Positions 46,037-56,079 of a stretch of 64,000 nucleotides of DNA are shown piece after piece. Made by a program: the position numbers and the translations under genes. Source of the DNA: a virus; the IMG/VR virus record IMGVR_UViG_3300046028_006919, positions 1-64,000 of that record; one strand, 5' to 3'. Below the pieces are notes generated by a model that saw only the letters and a program-made list of their open reading frames with translations, made no database searches and was not told where the DNA came from. Position 1 is the stretch's first letter. The number at the start of each line of letters is the position of its first letter.

Positions 46037-48037
46037 CTAAAGATTAATCAAAGATAAATTTATGTTCTTTTTTTCTATATCAACACTTGAAACAATCACA
46101 TGAACCATATCACCAAGTCTAATTTTATGACCTGTGTTGTAACCTTTTATACAATGATTGTTGGTATCTGCTTGATATGTGTCACCGTTGATATCCGATA
46201 GTTTTATGAAACCATCACATTTGTTCTCCAGTATTTCAACAAACAAACCATAATCGGTTACAGAACTAACAATACCTTGAAACACTTTGCCAATATTATC
46301 ACTCATATAAACACACTGCATGTATTTGATTGAATCTCTTTCAGCTTTAGCAGATTTAACCTCACGCTCAGACAAGTGTTGACATCTGCTTTCAAGTTTC
46401 TCAATCTTAGGTAGCGTTGGTTTATTCTCCAAGTACAACCCTAACAATCTGTGTGTTATAACGTCTGGATAACGTCTAATAGGACTGGTAAAATGGCTGT
46501 AGTCTTTGAACCCAAGACCATAGTGACCAATGTTTTTGGTTGAATAGTTTGCTTTCTGCATTGTTCTCACAACCAGATTGTTAATCATATCTTCCTCGGC
46601 AGTACCTCTTACGTCCGATAACAATTGGTTAAGTGTTCTGGTTGTTTCCTCTGGCGTATCAATACGAATTTCATATCCAAATTGTGATATAAAGTCTTTA
46701 AGGTTAGCCAACTTCTCGTCGTTAGGTTTGTCATGCGCTCTGTTTACGTTAGGCAACCCTCGGCTGTTGATGTATTGAGCAACGTGTCTGTTAGCCAACA
46801 ACATAAACTCTTCGATAAGTTTATTTGAATCCTTCGCAACCTTGAAGTGAATACCAACTGGTTTGTTGCTTTCATCCAACTTGAACTTAACCTCTTGTTT
46901 ATCAAACGAAATGGAACCTCTTTTGGAACGTTCTTTACGCATCATCTTAGCATATCTATCCAAAGCTTTGATTGATTCAGCTAACGCATTAGCTTCAAAC
47001 CATTTTGATTCATCTGTTAGTTTTTCTTTCAAACCACATTTATCAATTACTTCTTCGTTACATAAATCATCTTTTTTGCAACTCGCAGCTTCAATAATAG
47101 CTTGAGCTTCTTCATAACTAAATCTATGGTTAGAGTTTATAACAGTTTTACCAAACCATTCATCAACTACCTTACCTTGTTTATTTATTCTAAAGATTGC
47201 TGAGAAACATAGCTTGTCCTCATTAGGTCTCAACGAACACAATCCGTTAGACAAGTTCTCTGGCAGCATCGGAACGCATCTGTCAACTAGATACACACTG
47301 GTACCTCTGGCAAACGCTTCTTTGTCTAACTCTGTTTCAGGTCTTAAGTAGTGTGATACGTCAGCAATATGAATACCAACAAACAACTCACCGTCAACCC
47401 ATTCAACACTCAACGCATCATCAAAGTCTTTGGCGTCCGCTGGGTCAATGGTAAACGTAAGAACATCACGCATATCTCTACGCTTATCGATTTCAGCTTG
47501 TGTTATCTCTGTTGGGATAGCTCTAGCTTCTGCCAACACATCTTCTTCAAAGTCGTATGGTAAACCATACTCTTCTAGAATACTGTGTATTTCAGTTTCA
47601 TGTTCACCAGCATCACCTAACACTCGAATGACTTCTCCGTTAGGGTTTTTAGCATCATCTTTCCATTCAGTTAATCTAACCACAACCTTTTGTCCATCTA
47701 AACCTCCATTACGCGCGCTCAACGGAATAAAAAAGTCAATTGATAGTTTGTTACTATCTGGAATAAAAAACGCAAATTTAGGGCTTATTTGAAGCGTACC
47801 TACGAATTCTGTTCTGAACCGTTCAACAATTTCAATTACCTCACCTTCCATTGCGCGACCAACACCTTCTTTTATGCGTATTTTAACTTTATCCAAGTGC
47901 AAACCCTTATTGGTGTTAGACTTGTGAATGTATATGTCTTTTGGTAGGTTTGGGTCCGTCAAGTATGCTGAACCACTAGCGTTAACGCTTATTCTACCTT
48001 CTAATATATCATTAATTTTTATTTTTTCTTCTTTCAT
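46037..48037 (-). CDS. rnr: Ribonuclease R
   Basis: Cold-shock domains, RNB motif TIDPADAKDFDDALS, HFTSPIRRYPD, C-terminal S1. Confidence 0.95.
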   Translation of the reverse strand: MKEEKIKINDILEGRISVNASGSAYLTDPNLPKDIYIHKSNTNKGLHLDKVKIRIKEGVGRAMEGEVIEIVERFRTEFVGTLQISPKFAFFIPDSNKLSIDFFIPLSARNGGLDGQKVVVRLTEWKDDAKNPNGEVIRVLGDAGEHETEIHSILEEYGLPYDFEEDVLAEARAIPTEITQAEIDKRRDMRDVLTFTIDPADAKDFDDALSVEWVDGELFVGIHIADVSHYLRPETELDKEAFARGTSVYLVDRCVPMLPENLSNGLCSLRPNEDKLCFSAIFRINKQGKVVDEWFGKTVINSNHRFSYEEAQAIIEAASCKKDDLCNEEVIDKCGLKEKLTDESKWFEANALAESIKALDRYAKMMRKERSKRGSISFDKQEVKFKLDESNKPVGIHFKVAKDSNKLIEEFMLLANRHVAQYINSRGLPNVNRAHDKPNDEKLANLKDFISQFGYEIRIDTPEETTRTLNQLLSDVRGTAEEDMINNLVVRTMQKANYSTKNIGHYGLGFKDYSHFTSPIRRYPDVITHRLLGLYLENKPTLPKIEKLESRCQHLSEREVKSAKAERDSIKYMQCVYMSDNIGKVFQGIVSSVTDYGLFVEILENKCDGFIKLSDINGDTYQADTNNHCIKGYNTGHKIRLGDMVHVIVSSVDIEKKNINLSLINL

Positions 48038-48106
48038 ATTGCAAAAATACTATTTTTTTATTTCAAATACAATAAAAAAACCCACTATTTTACTGTGGGT
48101 TGTTTA

Positions 48107-48628
48107 TCAGTGCCTTGTAGAAGGCACAACATTTATGTTAAATTTGTTAAGTCTACCAGACTCAACTTGTTCATCACCCCAAGCTTGGAATATAGGTATG
48201 TGTTCTTCCCTATCATCCCATAACTCCACTTCTTTGATTGAAGGGTGCTGTGATAGAATTTGGTCAAATGTTTTCTTTTTAGCTGAATCTGTGCTACCAC
48301 CTCTATTGAAATGATATTCGTGAAATCTAAGACCATGTCTGTTAAGAATATCTTTGACAAAATCAGTTAATTTAACCATTCTACCAGTAACCATAACAAC
48401 CATAGTATCTGGGTTAGCGACTTCTTTCTTGTAATCGCTGATTACGTTTGGGATTGTTGGCATGTCAAACACGCTCATATCAAGGCTCATTGGTTGTCCC
48501 CACCATCCAGCGTGTGGCCAATCCTTGCCAGTTTTTTCTTTATATGTTTTTTTACCCTCTTCTGGTAGTGGAGTTGATATTAAAGTACCATCAAAGTCCC
48601 AGATAGTCAATTTTGTAAAATTTTTCAT
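48107..48628 (-). CDS. HAD phosphatase (Swiss Army Knife RNA-repair-like)
   Basis: WDFDGTL...GWW...MVTGR...WDDREEH. Confidence 0.75.
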   Translation of the reverse strand: MKNFTKLTIWDFDGTLISTPLPEEGKKTYKEKTGKDWPHAGWWGQPMSLDMSVFDMPTIPNVISDYKKEVANPDTMVVMVTGRMVKLTDFVKDILNRHGLRFHEYHFNRGGSTDSAKKKTFDQILSQHPSIKEVELWDDREEHIPIFQAWGDEQVESGRLNKFNINVVPSTRH

Positions 48629-48632
48629 AATT

Positions 48633-49475
48633 TTAATTTTCTGTTTCTAGACGTTTTATAACGTCTTTAATGTTAATAAATGATATGATGATATATGGTA
48701 ATATTGAAACTGAAGCAACAAAATCAAATAGATATCTATATGTTGAGAACACACTACCAACACTAACAGTGTTGAATACAACATAATAAGTTAACAAAGC
48801 TGTTACAGTTCCATATGCTATGAATTGAATCAAAAAGATAAACTTAGCATCTAAGTTGGATAACTTTATTGATAGCAATTGTTTTCTTTTTAACAAGTTA
48901 TTAACCAAAGAAATCTTCCTATGATTGATTATTTCTGTTTGTTCTTCAGATATATCATTTGAATCTTTGGTAATTGCAGCAATTTTAGGTGAGAAATAAT
49001 AACTCACAATTAAAGTTAATATAGCACTAAAAATTAAATATGGTACCAATGTAACATCTACTAACGATATAAAATATATTGAACCTAATAAACCGAAAGC
49101 GGCATTTAATATGAGAATCATATCAGTTTCAAAAAATCTAACAACACTACTCATCAAAGTTAACCTTCCATTTATTTTTGTTGTTTCAACATTGTTGTCA
49201 AACTGGTTGCTAGTTTCAATAGAAGCAAATCTTCTGTAAATCTTAGAAAAAACAATAGTATCATAAACTCTACTTATGTAATTAAAAACCATCATCCCAA
49301 AAAAAGTTAACAACAGATAAAAAATAAAAGAATAATCTTTAGCGATTAAATGGTCAATAGATTCACCCAACACTTTTGGGTATATTAACATAAAGATAGA
49401 TTGCATTGAAAAAAGGAAATATGAAAATAAAATTGATTTCCAATTTTCTTTAAAAATAGTTTTTAATTTTAACAT
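48633..49475 (-). CDS. ABC transporter six-transmembrane domain protein (no ATPase adjacent)
   Basis: Six TM segments; YPKVLGESID, RVYDTIVFSKIY and VGSVFSTYRYL motifs. Confidence 0.65.
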   Translation of the reverse strand: MLKLKTIFKENWKSILFSYFLFSMQSIFMLIYPKVLGESIDHLIAKDYSFIFYLLLTFFGMMVFNYISRVYDTIVFSKIYRRFASIETSNQFDNNVETTKINGRLTLMSSVVRFFETDMILILNAAFGLLGSIYFISLVDVTLVPYLIFSAILTLIVSYYFSPKIAAITKDSNDISEEQTEIINHRKISLVNNLLKRKQLLSIKLSNLDAKFIFLIQFIAYGTVTALLTYYVVFNTVSVGSVFSTYRYLFDFVASVSILPYIIISFINIKDVIKRLETEN

Positions 49476-49496
49476 TATTATTTTGAAGTTTTGTGA

Positions 49497-49883
49497 TTAA
49501 AAAATGAAACCAATTACAATAGAAACAAAAACAGCGACACATAATAAAGTGAAAGTACCTTTGTCAATTTTTATAAATTTACTTTCATTATTTTCATCGT
49601 TTAACAATGAACCGTATATTCTTTTTGTTGCTGAACCTATTAATTCTTTGGTTATTGGTCCGTGTGCGTGTATTGTTTGTTTAATAGCACCACTTATTCT
49701 TTTAGATTCTAGCACTTTATCTTTTTTCAACTTTTGAATAGTTGCTAAGTTAGCTTTTTCGTAATCTTCAACTATTGTCATCAACGTTTCAACGTCTTTG
49801 TCAGTTAGTTTGTTTTTTGGAAAATTATTAATTAATTTATTTCTTAATTTTCCGTTTCTAGTTTTTAAAATATTAAATTTCAT
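49497..49883 (-). CDS. Hypothetical protein with C-terminal TM
   Basis: 128-aa ORF. Confidence 0.6.
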   Translation of the reverse strand: MKFNILKTRNGKLRNKLINNFPKNKLTDKDVETLMTIVEDYEKANLATIQKLKKDKVLESKRISGAIKQTIHAHGPITKELIGSATKRIYGSLLNDENNESKFIKIDKGTFTLLCVAVFVSIVIGFIF

Positions 49884-50016
49884 TTATTAAACAGTGCAAA
49901 AATACATCTTATTTTTGAGTTATACAACTCTTTTAATAAATATTTTCATTATTCCAAAAGTTGTCTGACTTGACTTTCATAGCCCATTATACTAACGGAA
50001 AACTAAAATGTAAAGA

Positions 50017-50523
50017 TTATTTCTTTGCTTTGGGTTTCAAAGTACATTGAAGTCTTTTCCCTTCAAGTTTTGGAATTGATTCAGCTGAACCATGTTCTTC
50101 AACGCTAATAATTAAATTTAACATCACTTCTTGTCCTTTGTCAACAAAAGCCATTTGACGACCTCTAAATTGCATAGTCAACTTGACTTTGTGGCCTTTT
50201 CCCAAAAATTCAATTATGTGTTTGGTTCTATAAGACAAATCATTTTCAGATGTGTTTGGACCCAATTTGATTTCTTTTATGTCTAAGGATTTATGCTTAG
50301 GTGTTTTGCTTTGTTGATAAATGAATTTTTCATAATCCATTATTTTACAAACTGGGGGTTGAGCGTTTTCGTTTATGAGGACAAGGTCTAACTCTTGTTC
50401 ATCAGCCAACTGTTGAGCTTCTTTTAAAGATAAAACACCATATTCACCAACCCTTACAGTTGGGTGGTTTATTTCAATATTAGTTTTATGTTGTTTTTCT
50501 TTTTGTTTGACTTTTTTGTTCAT
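50017..50523 (-). CDS. infC: Translation initiation factor IF-3
   Basis: LDLVLI...PPVCKIMDYEKFIY...KEIKLGP....NDL...FLGKGHKVKL..QFRGRQ. Confidence 0.92.
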   Translation of the reverse strand: MNKKVKQKEKQHKTNIEINHPTVRVGEYGVLSLKEAQQLADEQELDLVLINENAQPPVCKIMDYEKFIYQQSKTPKHKSLDIKEIKLGPNTSENDLSYRTKHIIEFLGKGHKVKLTMQFRGRQMAFVDKGQEVMLNLIISVEEHGSAESIPKLEGKRLQCTLKPKAKK

Positions 50524-50994
50524 TTACATGTGGTTTTTCATAAATTCTATTAATTCATCCATGGAATCAAATTGGTTGATACCATAGAACTCACACGTTA
50601 CGTCAATGTTACCTTTCTTCCAGAAACCATCTGGACAAACTACCATTACTTTTTGTTCTTTGGCGTGTAAACCCAACTCAAGCATACTTATCGGAGATAA
50701 TGTTTTAGGGTCAAATACCATAACTATAATATGTGACATTTCCATTGAATTTAACTCCCATTGGACTTGTTCTAAAAATTTAGGGTCATCCATTGTTTGA
50801 CCCCAAGATGAATCCCAATCATCTCTTCTTGGGTTAAGAAATCTGATATTTTTATCAGATAATGCGGCAATAAATTCTTTTTGCCATTCAATAGCTTTCC
50901 CCATTTCAATACTACCAGCCAAGAATATGTTGATGTATTCTTGGTCTATGGTAACTTCATTGGGTGCTTGTACTTCAATTGCTTTTTGTTGCAT
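50524..50994 (-). CDS. Nucleoside 2-deoxyribosyltransferase-like protein
   Basis: IFLAGSI...NPRRDDWD...QVQWEL...SPISMLELGL. Confidence 0.8.
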   Translation of the reverse strand: MQQKAIEVQAPNEVTIDQEYINIFLAGSIEMGKAIEWQKEFIAALSDKNIRFLNPRRDDWDSSWGQTMDDPKFLEQVQWELNSMEMSHIIVMVFDPKTLSPISMLELGLHAKEQKVMVVCPDGFWKKGNIDVTCEFYGINQFDSMDELIEFMKNHM

Positions 50995-51003
50995 AAAATT
51001 TTT

Positions 51004-51222
51004 TTAATTTAAACTAATGTTGTAGTCATCAAACCCTTCTATATCAATATCGTCATCATTATCATCTTTGTTATCATTTTCACCTATAACATTGGTTATA
51101 ACAATGGTTTCAATCACATCGTGTAATTCATCCAATACTGATACTTCAATTGAGCCCGTTTCATTATCGTATTCTATTGTTACGATATATTCACCCAAAT
51201 CAACGGTTTTTTTGATTGACAT
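51004..51222 (-). CDS. Hypothetical acidic protein
   Basis: 72-aa ORF. Confidence 0.55.
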   Translation of the reverse strand: MSIKKTVDLGEYIVTIEYDNETGSIEVSVLDELHDVIETIVITNVIGENDNKDDNDDDIDIEGFDDYNISLN

Positions 51223-51405
51223 TTTTTTTTAATAGTTCATTGTATTTGGTGTTATTTTTCCAGAAATAATATCTGGTATTAACTTTTCTTGGTAATCGTT
51301 CAACAATTTCTCTTTGGTGGTTCCACCATCCAAAATAACTTCGAACTTTCCATCGTTAACGTGTTTTACTTTATTATACATAATTTTTTCATTTATTAAT
51401 AAATA

Positions 51406-51633
51406 TCATGATATTGTTATAAAATCAACTGTTATACTACCACCTAAATTAAAGAAATTACATGATTGTAAACCATAATCCATCAGTAAGTTTTTTACTA
51501 TGGTCTTCATTTCCGTTGAATTTCCCGTTATAATCTCAGCTTGGTCAACTCCAAGTCTAACACAATCCCAAACGAATGAATCTATCACTTCTGGGACTTC
51601 ACTATGTTTATATCCGTGTAAATCTAATCTCAT
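51406..51633 (-). CDS. Stand-alone Smr domain protein
   Basis: LDLHGY...IITGNS...NLGGSI. Confidence 0.75.
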   Translation of the reverse strand: MRLDLHGYKHSEVPEVIDSFVWDCVRLGVDQAEIITGNSTEMKTIVKNLLMDYGLQSCNFFNLGGSITVDFITIS

Positions 51634-52085
51634 TCTGTTATTATTTCTTTAATCTTCCCAATACACGCAACTTGAGTATCATGTAAAACTTTAGAAGCTT
51701 CATCCAATGTAACCCATTTGTACCCATCCATTTCTGGAAAACCGCCTCGGTCTTCTGGAACGTTTGAGTTACATTTCAATTCAACTCCATCCCAATCAAA
51801 CTTAGAATCATTGTTTTCATGAACCAAAAAAGGGTAAAGCATTTTTTTCTTATGTTTATAGTTGACAGAATTCAATGGGTATATCGTGAAGTCAGTCGAA
51901 CCGTTAAGGTCCAAATTGGTTTCTTCGTAGGTTTCTCTGAAAGCAGCTTCTAAAAAGATTTCATCGTCTTCTACTTTACCCTTTGGTATACTGTAAAAGT
52001 TTGCTGGATGATTTGTTGGATGACAAATCAACAATTTCTTGTCTTTTCTGACAATAAACAAACCTGATGCAATTGTTTTACTCAT
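51630..52085 (-). CDS. Nudix hydrolase
   Basis: PKGKVEDDEIFLEAAFRETYEETNL Nudix box. Confidence 0.88.
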   Translation of the reverse strand: MSKTIASGLFIVRKDKKLLICHPTNHPANFYSIPKGKVEDDEIFLEAAFRETYEETNLDLNGSTDFTIYPLNSVNYKHKKKMLYPFLVHENNDSKFDWDGVELKCNSNVPEDRGGFPEMDGYKWVTLDEASKVLHDTQVACIGKIKEIITE

Positions 52086-52495
52086 TATATTAAATTATTT
52101 GCGTTTAACATCAATTCTAAATAAAACCAATCAACAAATGGTCTTGGTGATAGTTCTTTATCAATTTTCAACGGAACACCAATAGCTATATCATCAATCA
52201 TAAGCTGACCATAAGCTTTAGGACTATCTGTCCATTCATGTTGTGTTGGGTTCGTGTTTATCCCATACAATGGAATATTATTTTTAGCAAACCAATCAAT
52301 AGCGTCTTGAAGACAATCTCTTGGTTTTCCATCTGGATGAATATAAGGTCTATGACTACGCATTGTAAACAATATAAGTTTATGTCCTTTTTCAACCAAT
52401 TTTTTTAAAACGGGTACAGAACCAATGTCTTTCCCAACAAATGGGAAGTCGTGTGTCGTACACGTGCCATCAAAATCCAAAATTATTTCTTTCAT
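52085..52495 (-). CDS. HAD-family phosphatase (BT0820-like)
   Basis: LDFDGTC...LFTMR...MIDD. Confidence 0.75.
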   Translation of the reverse strand: MKEIILDFDGTCTTHDFPFVGKDIGSVPVLKKLVEKGHKLILFTMRSHRPYIHPDGKPRDCLQDAIDWFAKNNIPLYGINTNPTQHEWTDSPKAYGQLMIDDIAIGVPLKIDKELSPRPFVDWFYLELMLNANNLI

Positions 52496-52606
52496 AATAC
52501 AAAGATACTAACATTATTTAACTTATACAAATTATTTTAAATTTATTTTTAAAACTTTACTTTTTATTTTTTTTCTGTATATTTATTATTATACAAATAA
52601 ATTAAA

Positions 52607-52759
52607 ATGAAAAAAGAAAAACAAAAAGAAGTTGTGTGGCCAATAAGAATGTCACAAGAACTAAAAGACAAGTTTAAAACTTATTGTGACGATAAGGGTT
52701 ATTCAATGAATAAATTAATAAAAATATTAATAGAAAAAGAAATAAAAAATGAAAAATAA
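52607..52759 (+). CDS. Small ribbon-helix-helix-like protein (absent from ORF track, 50 aa)
   Basis: MKKEKQKEVVWPIRMSQELKDKFKTYCDDKGYSMNKLIKILIEKEIKNEK*; overlaps the LAGLIDADG start. Confidence 0.6.
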   Translation: MKKEKQKEVVWPIRMSQELKDKFKTYCDDKGYSMNKLIKILIEKEIKNEK

Positions 52760-53585
52760 ATGGACACAAGACGAAATTAATTTTTTAATCGAAAATTATC
52801 CTTCATATGGAAAAGAATACTGCGCAAAAAAATTAAATAGAGAAGGTTCGTCAATATTTAAAAAAGCTAGTCGTTTAAAATTAAAAGTTATTTCAGATGT
52901 TAGATTAGCTAATAACATAAAAGCTCAAGTTAAATTTCAAAATGAAAGACCTAATAACGATTTTAATATTAATATTGAACAATTTTTAAATATTCAAAAA
53001 CCAGAAGTTGCATATATTTTAGGGTTCTTATGGGCTGATGGGTATATTATAAGAAATGAAATTAGACTTGAAATCGTTAAAGATGATTTAGACCATATTA
53101 AACCAATACTTGAGTCTATTGGTACTTGGACCTACAGTTATAGAGATAGAAATAGAAATGGTGTTAAAACTAAAACTAGTGGTCGTGCTGTAACATCAAA
53201 TAGAAAACTAAAAGAATTTTTAGCGTGCCATGATTATGATAAAAAATCATATATCTCTGCTGATAAAATACTTTCAAAAATACCTAACGAATTAAAACAT
53301 TATTTCTTTAGAGGTTTTGTGGATGGTGATGGTAATATTTATCCACCTAAAAAACGAATAACTTTAGCTGGGTCATTAAAACAAGATTGGAGTTTCATAT
53401 CTAAAATTTGTGATGAATTAAAAATTAAACATAACATTTATCGTAATAGTAATAAATCGACCAATTCCGTTGTTGAAATTAACGGTATAAATGGTGTTAT
53501 TTTCGGTAATTATATTTTTAAAGGAAATGAATTTGGGTTAAAACGAAAAAGTGATAAGTTTAATAAAATTAAAAAGGACGATTAA
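52749..53585 (+). mobile_element. Free-standing LAGLIDADG homing endonuclease
   Basis: YILGFLWADG and FFRGFVDGDG motifs; on the strand opposite its neighbours. Confidence 0.85.
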
Positions 53586-53600
53586 TCGTCCTTTTTAATT
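53567..53600. terminator. Bidirectional terminator (perfect 34-bp palindrome)
   Basis: AATTAAAAAGGACGATT/AATCGTCCTTTTTAATT between convergent genes. Confidence 0.8.
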
Positions 53601-55185
53601 AATACTTAAAAGTAGTAAATTCTCCATTTATAAAATTAATATGCTGGGCACGTCCATCATTGTGGATTATCACGTGGCTTTGAAGCCAAGATGATGGACC
53701 TTGATTATACCCTACTCGTAAACGTGTACTAGTACCAACAGATAATGCTCCGTCTTTTCTTCCAGGAGAATGATAATGCCCAACTACAATTTTGGTATTT
53801 AATTTACGAAATTGTAGTAAACTACCTCTTGACCCATTAGTTCCTATATCACCGTGGGCTCCAAGTTCATAACCTTTAACTTTGTAAGAAGCTGCTCTTC
53901 CAAGTGTTTTGAATTTAGGGAATTTATCATTTATAAGTGTTGGTATAACACCTTTAACATTGTAAGGGTCTCTACCATACTGTTCTAACAAAATATCAGA
54001 ATACTTCATGTACAATCTAGAGTTCTTATATGTAGGTTGTTTTTTCCAATCCTCGTTCTTTAACCATCTATCCAAGAAATCATCGTGATTACTCCTTACA
54101 ATCACCACATTATTAAATTTCTCAAATGGTTCAAGACCAACCATCATAGCGTTGACTTCTTTTTCCAAATCATTGGTACCAGTCATTTCTTTACCATATT
54201 GAATAAATGGGTCTTTCATCTGGTGATGACTAATTGAATCACCGTCAAAAATATCATGTAAAACAACATGTTCTGGTTTTATTTTGTCCAAAAATGATAG
54301 CGTTGTGTCTAACACTTCTTGGTCATGATGACCGTAGTGTATATCACCCAATATAGCAGCAGCTATTGAGTTAATTTGACTTATACCACCATCTTCAACA
54401 CGATAAATTAAATCAGTAAAATTACCTGATTTATCATCGGCAGTTACTTGTCTAACAAAAAATGTTTCATCATCTTTGATTTCGACAATAGCGAAACCAA
54501 ATGTGTGGTGGAACTCTCCTACTTTACCAGCTTTAGCATCAGTGTAGTTCTTCATTGTAACAGCACCAGTGGTAAGCATGATTTTAGGTTTGTTTCCTTC
54601 CAACACAGGAATCATCTCTAGTTGTACCTTCGGACTACCAAAGACACATGAGTTAACCCCGCTAAGGGCTTGCATACCAGTCATTGGATTTACAGCTGTT
54701 GGTTGTACTTTGATATCTGACAAAATAGAAACATACTTGTGTATGTCGTGTCTGTTAGCATCTAAATAAGGTTCAACTTCTTTTTTCCAATGTTCTTCAT
54801 TTTTGTTATTGTTACTCCAGATACTCGTAGGGTTTTTGTAACGCCCAGCGATTACCAAGATTTCAGCATCAATGAATTCACCATAAGCTTCCATGTTTCG
54901 TAACAGTTTCTTATGCACTGGTGTGTTATTTTGTGCCCAACTAATAATGAACCTTTTCTTTTCATCACTATGTTGTTTTGTTTTGGCTTTGATGTACTGC
55001 TCTGGTTCAACTTCTTGTTTTTCTTTAAAACCAAGTTTTTCAGAACACCATTTTCTGACAGTACGTTCAGACTTACCGAAAAGGTTTACCAATAAACTCA
55101 TTCGTTCATCCCAAGACATGTCTTTGTTTAAGTAGATTTCTTTAGCTTCTTGAATGCGTTCATCCGTTAATTCATTAAATTTCAT
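53599..55185 (-). CDS. T5 A1-like large metallophosphoesterase/nuclease
   Basis: N-terminal HTH; ISWAQNNTPVH, GDIHYG, HDIFDG, SNHDDFL, HGD and GHYHSP motifs. Confidence 0.65.
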   Translation of the reverse strand: MKFNELTDERIQEAKEIYLNKDMSWDERMSLLVNLFGKSERTVRKWCSEKLGFKEKQEVEPEQYIKAKTKQHSDEKKRFIISWAQNNTPVHKKLLRNMEAYGEFIDAEILVIAGRYKNPTSIWSNNNKNEEHWKKEVEPYLDANRHDIHKYVSILSDIKVQPTAVNPMTGMQALSGVNSCVFGSPKVQLEMIPVLEGNKPKIMLTTGAVTMKNYTDAKAGKVGEFHHTFGFAIVEIKDDETFFVRQVTADDKSGNFTDLIYRVEDGGISQINSIAAAILGDIHYGHHDQEVLDTTLSFLDKIKPEHVVLHDIFDGDSISHHQMKDPFIQYGKEMTGTNDLEKEVNAMMVGLEPFEKFNNVVIVRSNHDDFLDRWLKNEDWKKQPTYKNSRLYMKYSDILLEQYGRDPYNVKGVIPTLINDKFPKFKTLGRAASYKVKGYELGAHGDIGTNGSRGSLLQFRKLNTKIVVGHYHSPGRKDGALSVGTSTRLRVGYNQGPSSWLQSHVIIHNDGRAQHINFINGEFTTFKY

Positions 55186-55241
55186 TTAAAATTATTTATT
55201 CTCTTGTTATGTTTTCAACAAATATACACATAAAATGTTAA

Positions 55242-56066
55242 TTATACAATATTATCCTCAATAATTTGAATTACTGGAATCAAATTATACAAATATTCTT
55301 TTTCTTGCGTAAAAATTGGTATGTTGTAGTCTGGCAACCACTTGCTTCTTTGAACTGGTTCACCGTTTTGACCGTCAACCCAAATGGTTTGTTTCTTTAT
55401 AACAACACCTCTTTTGTATTTAACTTTGTAATCGTCCCAGTTGATACCTTTCTCTTTGAAAAGCATTTCTTGTTTTTCACTACCAGATAACCCATGTAAT
55501 TGGAAATGACTGAAATTAGCACTAGCAGCCATACTAACACTATTTCTAGTACAATCTTGTTGTCTCCAAAGGAAATAGTTAGAAACTTCTCTAAAGTCTG
55601 GAATAACAAACACCCTTGAATCGAACACAGCGTCAATCTCAGCAAAATCTCCACGAGTAATTTTTTCAAACAATTCTTCTGGGTTATATTTGAACGACCC
55701 CAACAATCTAAGCATTGTCTTGTTAAATGCTGCTGTAACTTTTGAAGCTGAAATGCTACATAGCTTTTGTACTTTACCATCAAACGGCAATTCAGCATCA
55801 ATATTCTCAATAGTAGAGAACACAAGGCTAATCTCGTCTGATTGCGTATAAGCAAATAACGGATTCAAATATTTACATAGTTCAACAGTAGCGGCATCCA
55901 TCACGTTGGATAGAATATCATCAAATGGTTTGTCAAACATTGTTGTATATTTGCTAAACCCTTTACCATCAAGTCTTATGATAACATAAGACCTATTCGG
56001 AATTTTAAAATTATAGCAATTTTCGTATTCTTTCATACGGTCGCTAAAACTAGTGTTTTTTGCCAT
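55242..56066 (-). CDS. tRNA(His) guanylyltransferase Thg1-like protein
   Basis: IIRLDGKGFS, YTQSDEISL, FDSR and YFLWRQQDCTRNS motifs. Confidence 0.9.
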   Translation of the reverse strand: MAKNTSFSDRMKEYENCYNFKIPNRSYVIIRLDGKGFSKYTTMFDKPFDDILSNVMDAATVELCKYLNPLFAYTQSDEISLVFSTIENIDAELPFDGKVQKLCSISASKVTAAFNKTMLRLLGSFKYNPEELFEKITRGDFAEIDAVFDSRVFVIPDFREVSNYFLWRQQDCTRNSVSMAASANFSHFQLHGLSGSEKQEMLFKEKGINWDDYKVKYKRGVVIKKQTIWVDGQNGEPVQRSKWLPDYNIPIFTQEKEYLYNLIPVIQIIEDNIV

Positions 56067-56079
56067 TTTTTTTTATTAT

